Source: Pseudomonas phage Quinobequin-P09
Sequence record: MN504636.1
Reading direction: 5' to 3' (one strand)
Length of the DNA stretch: 24,000 bases
The translations under genes and the position numbers were made by a program. Below, piece by piece: positions 16,173-23,757 of the stretch. Numbering within the stretch: position 1 is the stretch's first letter; the number at the start of each line of letters is the position of its first letter. The notes under the pieces are model-generated. The model worked only from the letters and a program-made list of their open reading frames with translations, was not told where the DNA came from and made no database searches.

Positions 16173-16682
16173 TTAGTCGTCGCCGAGAACGCTATAGACG
16201 ATATGGAGCTCACCGCTGGCAGTCAGGGACTGGCTGTCGGCGCTGATGTTGGCATCGTCGATCAGCAGGTTCAGGTTGAGTTCCAGGGATCCGTCGGTGT
16301 TGTCCAGGATCACTTGCGTGGCATTGGTGCCACGTGCGCGCGGGGACACGCCAGCGGTGGCTGCACCCAGCGCGGTCGAAGCAATGATATCCACTTCGGA
16401 ACCGCTCAGAGTGGCGTCAGCGGTCGGCGCGCTGCCGATGCTGTAGTCACCGTCGAACGTATCCTGCACACCAGCGGCGGTCGCCTTGGTGATCTGCACG
16501 TACGACACCGCACCGAGGAACAGGATGTTCCCTTCCGGCAGGTCGCCCAGGACAGCAGTGCCGAAGCCTACGCCGGTCGCGCCATTGACAGTGATCGGGA
16601 GCTTGTTCAGCTTGACGACCTGCTTGACAACGTCTTGACGGGCAGGGGAGCCCCGGCTGGTAGAACGAGGAAGGCCTTTCAT
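16173..16682 (-). CDS. putative capsid decoration / head structural protein
   Basis: 169 aa encoded directly after the major capsid gene: MKGLPRSTSRGSPARQDVVKQVVKLNKLPITVNGATGVGFGTAVLGDLPEGNILFLGAVSYVQITKATAAGVQDTFDGDYSIGSAPTAD.... The function call rests mainly on position. Confidence 0.6.
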   Translation of the reverse strand: MKGLPRSTSRGSPARQDVVKQVVKLNKLPITVNGATGVGFGTAVLGDLPEGNILFLGAVSYVQITKATAAGVQDTFDGDYSIGSAPTADATLSGSEVDIIASTALGAATAGVSPRARGTNATQVILDNTDGSLELNLNLLIDDANISADSQSLTASGELHIVYSVLGDD

Positions 16683-16711
16683 GATCGCATCTCCTTTAGA
16701 GGGTTAAATCC

Positions 16712-16739
16712 GAAACAGGGGTCTTGCGACCCCTGTTCC
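16712..16739 (-). promoter_or_regulatory. stable hairpin with GCAA loop in the MCP 3' intergenic region
   Basis: Minus strand GGAACAGGGGTC-GCAA-GACCCCTGTTTC: 10 perfect bp plus a wobble and an outer G-C, followed by GGATTTAACC. Only a short T-tract follows, so terminator versus mRNA stabiliser is unresolved. Confidence 0.6.
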
Positions 16740-16747
16740 AGTGCAGA

Positions 16748-17782
16748 TTAGAACTCGCGGGTGATGAGACGCGCGATCCGGATCTGCTTCCGCTCCGAGA
16801 AGACACGCTTCCACGAATCGGCGTGAGCCAGGTTGTTCGTGGTGGAGGCGTTGCTCGGGCCGCCGTTCGGCGGGGTGCCAGCATAGGCGTGGCCGACCGG
16901 ATGGATGATCCACTCGGTACGGTTGAACAGGATGTCCTGGCCACCGCCGTTACCTGCGCTCGGCTTGCGATCGACTTCCGTCGGCACCTTGGGCGAACCC
17001 ATGCCGCCGCGAACAGCACCACGACCGAACAGCCAGGTGTTGAACACACCGCTGGAGCGAGGCACGCCGTCATCGACGATCACTTCGCGGCCCAGGAAGG
17101 TCGGGATGCGAACCGCGTTGCCATTGACGCTGTCCGACACGAAGTCGATCAGGTTGTTCTTCAGCATGCGCGCATAGACAATGGAATGCACCATCACCAT
17201 CGTGAGGTCTTCCATGCTGTCGCCCATGGTAGCGGTGGCGTCGATGAACGACTCCGCGCTGAAGTTCGTTACACCATCCACGAAGCTGACGCCGGAAACG
17301 TCATGGGTCATGTCGTTCTGGACGTGCTCGGTGCCGGTGGGCGCTGCGGCGTTGTCCGCGAACACACCGTTCAGGGTCGCAACGAATGCGGCCTGCTGGC
17401 GGCGGGTCCAGTAGTCGGACACACGGTTGGCGATCGCTTGCATCGGATCCGCACCAGCGAGGTCGCCGGACAGGTCCATGGAGCTCCAGGAGTTGTTCCG
17501 CGACAGGCGGACCTGGATCTCGGTAGCAGTGCCGATCTTGTTGGGCGTGCTGTCGGTCGCCGGATCATCGGTCGAGACGTTTTCGGCGTCGTTGTCCAGA
17601 TCCTTGAAGGACGGCTCGTTGAAGGTCAGACCGCCACCCGCGAGGGCGCTGTTGAGTTGGGCATCCAGGACGATCGCGCCGGAACGGATCAGGCGGGACT
17701 TTTCCTGGGTCATTTGCTGGACGTAGGGCGAGAAGATCTCGGGAACGACGACGTCAGCGATACGAGTTACACCGGAAGCCAT
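16748..17782 (-). CDS. major capsid protein
   Basis: 344 aa: MASGVTRIADVVVPEIFSPYVQQMTQEKSRLIRSGAIVLDAQLNSALAGGGLTFNEPSFKDLDNDAENVSTDDPATDSTPNKIGTATEIQVRLSRNNSWSSMDLSGDLAGADPMQAIANRVSDYWTRRQQAAFVATLNGVFADN.... Strong RBS (AGGAG) upstream and position after the scaffold gene. Confidence 0.93.
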   Translation of the reverse strand: MASGVTRIADVVVPEIFSPYVQQMTQEKSRLIRSGAIVLDAQLNSALAGGGLTFNEPSFKDLDNDAENVSTDDPATDSTPNKIGTATEIQVRLSRNNSWSSMDLSGDLAGADPMQAIANRVSDYWTRRQQAAFVATLNGVFADNAAAPTGTEHVQNDMTHDVSGVSFVDGVTNFSAESFIDATATMGDSMEDLTMVMVHSIVYARMLKNNLIDFVSDSVNGNAVRIPTFLGREVIVDDGVPRSSGVFNTWLFGRGAVRGGMGSPKVPTEVDRKPSAGNGGGQDILFNRTEWIIHPVGHAYAGTPPNGGPSNASTTNNLAHADSWKRVFSERKQIRIARLITREF

Positions 17783-17862
17783 ATGAATTCTCCTAAAAGG
17801 TTCGGATCAAGTTTGCTAGACTCGAATCCAGCACCCCATGGCCTGGCGTTCGATCGTTAGTA

Positions 17863-17900
17863 TGGCTCATGCCACAATGATCGCAATGTAGCATGAGCCA
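17863..17900 (-). repeat. 10-bp perfect inverted repeat in the MCP leader
   Basis: TGGCTCATGC / GCATGAGCCA at 17863-17872 and 17891-17900, 18-nt spacer. A second inverted pair (GCTAGAC 17815-17821 / GTCTAGC 17901-17907) lies outside it. Confidence 0.75.
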
Positions 17901-17913
17901 GTCTAGCTTGCAA
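17885..17913 (-). promoter_or_regulatory. weak candidate sigma70-like promoter upstream of MCP
   Basis: Minus strand TTGCAA-N17-TACATT (4/6 and 4/6 matches to consensus) in a 145-bp intergenic region. Confidence 0.25.
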
Positions 17914-17927
17914 GCCCCTGAGTTTGA

Positions 17928-18744
17928 TTATTTGCGGGGCTGCGGGCGCGGGCCCCCGATGGTAGTGCCAGCGCTCTTGGCCATCTGCTCGGCACGGGAA
18001 CGGTTCTCCTTGAGGATCCGACCCTGCTCCGTCATGTTCCAGCCATCAGCGCTCCACGGGTTCGCACCGCCACCGCTGCCGCTACGGTTGCCACCAGCGC
18101 CACCGCCTTGCGACGGGCCCCACCAGTGAGTCTTCTTGGACTGCATCTCGGTCAGCCACACGGTGGCATCGATACCGGGAGTCACACCCACGCCGTCACG
18201 GGTAACGACCTTGCCTTCTTCATTAACTTCGAGCATGCGCTCGGCCGTACAGAAGGGCGTCTTCCACTGCGCTGGACTGGAAGCCCTGTGCCTTGCCCAC
18301 AGCTTCGCGGACAGCGTCGTGGATGGTGCGGGTCTTTTCCTTGGACTGGAACTGCTCGACGACGCCAGAGAGCTCCTGCACGCGCTGAGCCAGCTGGCCC
18401 TTCTCGCGCTCGAGCGGGGCGACACGGGTCTTGATGCGACCTTCGACCAGTTCGTTGAGCTTGTTCTCATCCAGCTTGCCTGCGGCCGCAGCTTCCAGTT
18501 CCGGAACGCGGTCCAGGGTTGCCAGCACGTCCTCGATCTTACGATCGCCGAGCAAGCCGAGACGCTCACGGACGGCCTTGTGGTCATTCCGTTCCTTGGT
18601 GAGCGCACCCTGCAGACGTTCGACATCCGCCTGGGTCTTCATTCCTTCCACCTGGAGTTCGAACTTACCGTTCTTCTCCACATACTCTTTCTTGACGTCT
18701 TCGGGAAGGTCGTCGATCGAATCAAGAATCGCTTTGAGAGCCAT
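17928..18744 (-). CDS. capsid scaffolding-like protein, apparent +1 indel in 18243-18246 (271 aa if corrected)
   Basis: Start ATG at 18744: MALKAILDSIDDLPEDVKKEYVEKNGKFELQVEGMKTQADVERLQGALTKERNDHKAVRERLG...AVEDALLY. Frame changes to ERMLEVNEEGKVVTRDGVGVTPGIDATVWLTEMQSKKTHWWGPSQGGGAGGNRSGSGGGANPWSADGWNMTEQGRILKENRSRAEQMAKSAGTTIGG. The corrected length is 816 nt, divisible by 3. Confidence 0.85.
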
Positions 18745-18802
18745 GCTCCATCTCCTAGTCAAATGCCACTCATGTGGCGGGTTGCTGACCACACCATTGT
18801 GA

Positions 18803-20002
18803 TCAATACTTGCTCGGGTCCAGCCCAGCGGCACGGAATGCGTCTGCGTGCTTCTGTGCAAGCTCCCGAAGGGTTAATTCGTCTCCGTTACGATGAACGA
18901 ACTTGTCCAGTTCCAATCCACCGTCGCGGAACAGCTTTGCCTTCGTTACACCCATCACTTCATCCTGGAACGCAACGGACTGACCCTTGAGCCACGTCTG
19001 GTAGCTGGTCGAGGCAGGGATCGGCCCCACCAGTTCCCGCACCCTTCCGCGCGCCCACTTGTCGTAATCACCTTTCGTTCCACGCGGCAGCGCGTCACGA
19101 GAGCTGATGTCGCCCAGGCCGTTTTTGTCTGCATATTCCTTCACCAGGATCTTTTCCGTGGTAGGCTTTGCAGGACGGTCACCGGCGAGCGTACCATCAA
19201 TCGCGGCGATACGCAAGGACCGGCAGTTGAAATGCAACGGCGGACGCGGACCCTTGCCCACGGGGAACGTCTTTCCATCAAGGCTGCGACAGATGGGAGT
19301 CGTCCTGGAGTCCAGCGTCGCCACAAACTGTTCCGCGGTAAGGATGTCCGCATTGTCAGCGAACCATGCGTCGCGCGCACCGTTGGCAATGTGCTGCACA
19401 GCAGTCCGGGTGATCGTTTGGATCTGCCTACGGGTGATCTCAGTCACCCCGTCCGCACCCTTGAGCGTCCCTGTGCCCACCACACGTCGGGCGATGGTTG
19501 CCATGTCCTCACCTGCAACCATGCCAGCCTGAATAGCGCTGTGAATGCGACGAACATCATCCGCGGCCATTGTGTTCGCCCAATCCTTGAGGATGCGACC
19601 CTCGAACGGGCGAGACAGTGCGATCTGGCGCAGGAACCGCGCGCTGGGCATGACGGTCTCGACCGCTACAGGCAGCACCGTCTTGAAGATGGCGTCAAGT
19701 TGAATCGGTTCCTGGTACGACAGCTGAACCATTTCCTCGGTCAGGAACTTGGTTGCTTCGTCCCACGACTCTTTTCGGATTGCGGCCAACGTACCCTGCA
19801 AGGCTTCGAGGCGCTGCCACTCAACAGGTTTCGTCAGACCTTGCATCGTGCGCAGCTTGTCGCGAATACGACGAGCCAACTCATCCTCGCTGGCGTTCAG
19901 AATCGTGGTCATACGGTTGCGGACATACCCGCTATAGCGCAGGATGTAGATCTGGTGACGCACCAGCGCGTCAAGCAGCTCTTCGTTGGCTGTCTTGGCC
20001 AT
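18803..20002 (-). CDS. Mu F / SPP1 gp7-like phage head morphogenesis (minor head) protein
   Basis: 399 aa with ARTAVQ-type region: RRQIQTITRTAVQHIANGARDAWFADNADILTAEQFVATLDSRTTPICRSLDGKTFPVGKGPRPPLHFNCRSLRI. TLD.RT...C..LDG..F.......PP.H.NCRS is the family signature. Follows the portal. Confidence 0.93.
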   Translation of the reverse strand: MAKTANEELLDALVRHQIYILRYSGYVRNRMTTILNASEDELARRIRDKLRTMQGLTKPVEWQRLEALQGTLAAIRKESWDEATKFLTEEMVQLSYQEPIQLDAIFKTVLPVAVETVMPSARFLRQIALSRPFEGRILKDWANTMAADDVRRIHSAIQAGMVAGEDMATIARRVVGTGTLKGADGVTEITRRQIQTITRTAVQHIANGARDAWFADNADILTAEQFVATLDSRTTPICRSLDGKTFPVGKGPRPPLHFNCRSLRIAAIDGTLAGDRPAKPTTEKILVKEYADKNGLGDISSRDALPRGTKGDYDKWARGRVRELVGPIPASTSYQTWLKGQSVAFQDEVMGVTKAKLFRDGGLELDKFVHRNGDELTLRELAQKHADAFRAAGLDPSKY

Positions 20003-20005
20003 GGG

Positions 20006-21580
20006 TTACGCTCCCGCGCCGCCTTGCGGGGGCTGCTGTTGCTGCTGCTGCCCACCTTGCTGCTGCCCACCTTGCTGGCCCTGCTGCCCCTGCATACCGG
20101 GCTCCAGCGCTGGGTCGCCCCCTGCGCCCGTACCGCCGCCCGACGGTGCGTTGGCGTCCTCTTCCCCGATCTCTTCCATCTCCGCGTCGAAGTCCATCTT
20201 CGTCACGCCGCGATCCACCAGCATTGCATGGATGGACTTCTTGGACAGCGGTGCGCCCATGGTGCGCGCGGTCATGAAATCGACTAGATCCTTACCTGAC
20301 ATCTCGAAGTCAGCGAACTCGAGGTTCGGAGTGACTTTCACGTCGTCGGGGTTGGCGCCCATCCACTGAGCGCACATGCGCAACAACGATTCCAGCGCAG
20401 ACGCACCAGTCATCGCAATCTGGTTCAGCGTCGCAGTTTGTGCGCCAATACGGGTCTGCAGAGCGGAGCCGCTTTCGGTGTTGTTACCGCCAGAGTTGAT
20501 CAGCTGACCCGAACGGGTTTCTGCACGCTTGCGATCGTTCTCGAGCGCCTGGCGCTGCTCGGACAGGCCCTGCGAATTGACGCCGATGTACTTCGCGTCA
20601 CCGCCTTGCTCCACTTCGATCATGCTGCCTGCACCAGTGCGGAGCGGTGTGCCTTCGTCCTCAGTGGCATCAGTTTTCTTGACACCGCCCACGACGACCA
20701 GCGTGTCCTGGCCCTGCATGAACAAGTTCTGGCGGTAGTCCGCTTCGCCCCGATACACTGCAAGCGCAAGCCTGCCCAGGCCCAGGAGCGGAGGTTCGTC
20801 CGGCGTGCTGACGATGTCCTTCGTATTGACGAACACGAACGGAATCTTATCCAACGTCACGCCGCGCAGTTGCGGAGGCTGCATCTGTGTCTCGTCGTAC
20901 GATGCAGACTGGCCGTCGTTGTTCGTGAAGACGCCGACTTGATACACTGCACCAGCGCCCTCAGCTTCGTTCTCGTCCTTCGCGCCTAGCTGGAGGATGC
21001 GATACTTGGTCTGCGACACCCATTCGAAGTCCGTGCTGCGACGGAAGCCGCTTTCGTCAAGGACCACAAGGTTCAGTCGCGCTTCACCTTCGTCCGCCTC
21101 GCCGTCGTCCCAGTTCCGAATGGACTCAGCCACGTACATGGCGATATAAGGCATCGGATTGGTCGGATCGGGATTCACGGGCAGGTCAAGCAGCAGACCA
21201 AGGCGCCCGGTGACAAGCTGTTCTTCGTTGATGCGCCGCAGCAGCAGCTCCAGGGGCTCACCGTAAGCGGTAGCCTTGTCGCGGAGCGCTTCCATGGTAG
21301 CAGGCAGCTCGATCGTCGGGGTCTTCTGCCACATGAGGCCGATGTAGGCTTCCACACCTTCTTTCACGTAGTCGTGGAACACCGCGCGGAGCTTGTAGGC
21401 GTCATAGGCCTCGCGTCCAGGCTTGCCCGAATCCATGCCGTCCAGTCGCATGCCCTTGGTCGGCGGCAGGTACGTTTCACCCTTCGCCTTTACCGCGCGC
21501 TCACCTTTGTAGAGGTCGCGCATGGTGACCCAATCCTCTTTGAATTCCGAATACTTCGGATGAACCGAATCAAGTGCCAT
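20006..21580 (-). CDS. portal protein
   Basis: 524 aa between large terminase and Mu F-like gene: ...YKLRAVFHDYVKEGVEAYIGLMWQKTPTIELPATMEALRDKATAYGEPLELLLRRINEEQLVTGRLGLLLDLPVNP...PYIAMYVAESIRNWDD...RSGQLINSGGNNTESGSALQTRIGAQTATLNQIAMTGASALESLLRMCAQWMG.... Confidence 0.88.
   Translation of the reverse strand: MALDSVHPKYSEFKEDWVTMRDLYKGERAVKAKGETYLPPTKGMRLDGMDSGKPGREAYDAYKLRAVFHDYVKEGVEAYIGLMWQKTPTIELPATMEALRDKATAYGEPLELLLRRINEEQLVTGRLGLLLDLPVNPDPTNPMPYIAMYVAESIRNWDDGEADEGEARLNLVVLDESGFRRSTDFEWVSQTKYRILQLGAKDENEAEGAGAVYQVGVFTNNDGQSASYDETQMQPPQLRGVTLDKIPFVFVNTKDIVSTPDEPPLLGLGRLALAVYRGEADYRQNLFMQGQDTLVVVGGVKKTDATEDEGTPLRTGAGSMIEVEQGGDAKYIGVNSQGLSEQRQALENDRKRAETRSGQLINSGGNNTESGSALQTRIGAQTATLNQIAMTGASALESLLRMCAQWMGANPDDVKVTPNLEFADFEMSGKDLVDFMTARTMGAPLSKKSIHAMLVDRGVTKMDFDAEMEEIGEEDANAPSGGGTGAGGDPALEPGMQGQQGQQGGQQQGGQQQQQQPPQGGAGA
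20032..20100 (-). repeat. short imperfect repeats encoding the Q/G-rich portal C-terminus
   Basis: Plus strand shows reiterated TGCTGCCCACCTTGCTG-type units, encoding ...GMQGQQGQQGGQQQGGQQQQQQPPQGGAGA on the minus strand. Confidence 0.6.
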
Positions 21581-21592
21581 TTTGCGCCTCCG

Positions 21593-22915
21593 TCAATAAG
21601 TGCCCGTAACTGTACCCGATTTCGTAATGATTCGTCCAGCGGGCCAGTGCCAGTCAATAAAATACCCGATCGCTGTGGTGATGTGCTGATACTGGTTCTT
21701 CTGATCCTCTTGGAAAGACGAACCTGCCTGGAGCTGCACAGTGCTCAACCCCTTGTGGCACCACAGCGCAGTCTGAGGATTCACCTTCAACCTCACTTCG
21801 CCTTTCGCATTGCAGATCATCGCGCGCACAGCGTTCTGGCGGTCCTTGATAGCAGGGTGCGCAGGACGCACGCGCCGCTCGAACTTCCAGCCGTGCAAGC
21901 GTAGCACGTCTTCGATCTCAGTGTAGTCGGATTTGTGCCCGTGCTTCTCACCTGCGCGACCTGCCGGGTCGCCGTAGATATAGACTGTCTTGTTCTTGTG
22001 TTCCTTGTACTTCTCGACGAACTCGATTGCCGACTGACGGCTCACCGCACTCTCAAGAACGATCTCATCTAGGAAGAAGGGAACTCCATTGCGGATGACC
22101 ACAATAGCCGAGCTCAGAGGGGTGAAGTTCTGGTCGTGCGTCCAGTGTAGCGCTTCGTGAGGGAGGATCCGCTCGGTTGTGAAATTCTCTTTCGAGTAAT
22201 CCTCATAGATACGACCGCTGGCGGTCTCGAAGCTCGCTCGATATTCCTGATTGTACTGCTTCCGAGACATGGTGCGCTTCGCAGCTTCAATGACGTCTGG
22301 CGGGAGAATCTCTTCCGACGTCCAGTGGAACAGCGCCCAGTCGGGGTCGTTGGCGGTGCGTGCATATTCCGCCATGTCGTAATAGTGGTTCAGACCGTCG
22401 GGCACACCAATGAACCAGCACCAGGCCCGATAGTACGGGCGCGTCGGATTCACGGTGTTGAGCGCGGGCATGATGTTCGCTTGCAGCGCCTCACCCTTCA
22501 CGTCCGCAATTTCGTCGATCACACCGCCTGTCCAGTTGATACCTTCAATCCGCTGGGGCTGGTCCAGACCGATGATGTGAATCTCGGTCCCGTTGGGCAG
22601 GTAGATCTTGAGTTCGGACTCGCTGGGCTTCTTGGGGTGCATACACGACAGCGTCAGCGCCTTGAGGTCGTCCCACCAGATCTTCTTGGCCTGGTTGTAC
22701 GTGGGCGCGGCTGCGAAATACTTCTCGCCCGGATACCACATCGCCTGACGTGACAGAAAACGCTTGGCGCGTTCCGTCTTGCCTGAGCGTCGTCCTGCGG
22801 GCACAATGGGGAAGCGCACACCGTCTTCAACGGCACGCAACAGTCGAAGCTGAACCTCGTGGTCCTTCAGCTGATACCAGCGCGCCATCTGGCGTTCTAG
22901 AATGATCTTGCTCAT
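21593..22915 (-). CDS. terL: terminase large subunit
   Basis: 440 aa with Walker A-like PAGRRSGKTERAKRF, Walker B-like GGVIDEIADV, and nuclease-region YIYGDPAGRAGEKHGHKSDYTEIEDVL...RPAHPAIKDRQNAVRAMI...YQHITTAIGYFIDW. Start overlaps the end of terS. Confidence 0.96.
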   Translation of the reverse strand: MSKIILERQMARWYQLKDHEVQLRLLRAVEDGVRFPIVPAGRRSGKTERAKRFLSRQAMWYPGEKYFAAAPTYNQAKKIWWDDLKALTLSCMHPKKPSESELKIYLPNGTEIHIIGLDQPQRIEGINWTGGVIDEIADVKGEALQANIMPALNTVNPTRPYYRAWCWFIGVPDGLNHYYDMAEYARTANDPDWALFHWTSEEILPPDVIEAAKRTMSRKQYNQEYRASFETASGRIYEDYSKENFTTERILPHEALHWTHDQNFTPLSSAIVVIRNGVPFFLDEIVLESAVSRQSAIEFVEKYKEHKNKTVYIYGDPAGRAGEKHGHKSDYTEIEDVLRLHGWKFERRVRPAHPAIKDRQNAVRAMICNAKGEVRLKVNPQTALWCHKGLSTVQLQAGSSFQEDQKNQYQHITTAIGYFIDWHWPAGRIITKSGTVTGTY

Positions 22916-23358
22916 ACAGGCGCCCTCGTCGCAAACTCGCGGAAGGCGTCAATGAGAGCTTGCTCACCTTCTTCACCGCCGTCAGGACGGTCAAGGCCGT
23001 ATATGCTGGCCAGCTTGGCGGCAGCTTGCACGCGGGAAGCGTAGGGGCCATTCTGTGCAGCCTGGCGCAGCACGCTCAGGATCAGGGCACGGTCTTCCTT
23101 GGCTTGGGCGTCTTCGTTTTCAGGGGTCGCGCGTTGCAGTTCAGTGATCCGGCGTTGGACATAAGCCTCGCCCATGAACTTCTTCGCGTACTCCACGGCG
23201 AAAGCAGCCTGAAACCCTACGCGAAGGCAAGCCTGGAAAGGATCAAAATCCTTTATGTACTCCTGAACGAATAGATCACGAAGGGCCTTTTCTTGACCGG
23301 ACGGTTCCGGCTCCATGAGCCGAGGATCCAGATATAGACCCGATGTGTTCTCAGCCAT
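22912..23358 (-). CDS. terS: terminase small subunit
   Basis: 148 aa: ...SGQEKALRDLFVQEYIKDFDPFQACLRVGFQAAFAVEYAKKFMGEAYVQRRITELQR... has the ..F..EY..D......A....G......A...G..LL..P.V...I.. pattern of small terminases and is adjacent to terL. Confidence 0.88.
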   Translation of the reverse strand: MAENTSGLYLDPRLMEPEPSGQEKALRDLFVQEYIKDFDPFQACLRVGFQAAFAVEYAKKFMGEAYVQRRITELQRATPENEDAQAKEDRALILSVLRQAAQNGPYASRVQAAAKLASIYGLDRPDGGEEGEQALIDAFREFATRAPV

Positions 23359-23410
23359 GTGGGAACTCCAATCGGATAGTTAAGGCGGATCACCCGCCCA
23401 ATTTGATCGG

Positions 23411-23440
23411 AGTATAGCGATTCTGAGGCCGGATACGCAA
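23411..23440 (-). promoter_or_regulatory. weak candidate promoter upstream of the terminase genes
   Basis: Minus strand TTGCGT-N18-TATACT in the intergenic region before terS: 5/6 match to the -10 consensus but only 3/6 to the -35. Confidence 0.25.
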
Positions 23441-23448
23441 CCAGAATA

Positions 23449-23757
23449 TCAGGGCGAGATTTTGCGGCAAGCCGGCAATTCTGCAGGCTTTTGGCCGGTG
23501 TTCCACTCAATAAGGCGGGCCATTTTGGACGCGCATTCGCAGAAGGACGTTATCCAGTCCTGACGCGAATCAATGAGGTCTTTTGTCACTACCAGCTGAC
23601 GATCCGCTGCCTGCTGGCACTGCTGCACCAGCCCCTCGGGAGGTACTGCCCGTTCCACCTTTGTCACTACCCGAATTTCCGGTGTCGCAGGTGTTGTTGA
23701 GCAAGCAGGCAAGATCAGGAGGGATGCGCTGATTAAGATAATTCCGAACAGTTTCAT
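23449..23757 (-). CDS. Rz1-like outer-membrane spanin lipoprotein
   Basis: ATG at 23757: MKLFGIILISASLLILPACSTTPATPEIRVVTKVERAVPPEGLVQQCQQAADRQLVVTKDL... Signal peptide with LPAC lipobox, starting inside the Rz-like gene in a different frame. Confidence 0.82.
   Translation of the reverse strand: MKLFGIILISASLLILPACSTTPATPEIRVVTKVERAVPPEGLVQQCQQAADRQLVVTKDLIDSRQDWITSFCECASKMARLIEWNTGQKPAELPACRKISP

Noticed and set aside
15023-16246. 407-aa plus-strand ORF
   Set aside because: Antisense shadow spanning several minus-strand genes and the terminator; arginine/cysteine/histidine-rich translation with no coherent family signature.
16724-17860. 378-aa plus-strand ORF
   Set aside because: Fully opposite the well-supported major capsid gene; explained by codon bias of the sense strand.
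18223-18270. Programmed ribosomal frameshift in the scaffold-like gene
   Set aside because: No X_XXY_YYZ heptamer or pause-associated motif is present. One-base removal from GGCC explains the break, and several other genes show the same kind of defect.
18893-20287. 464-aa plus-strand ORF opposite the Mu F-like and portal genes
   Set aside because: It lies antisense to two strongly supported genes, has no recognisable motif and a composition typical of reverse-complement reading of high-GC coding sequence.
23384-23398. Small GGCGG/CCGCC hairpin upstream of terS as a terminator
   Set aside because: Only 5 bp with no following T-tract on the minus strand; insufficient evidence.
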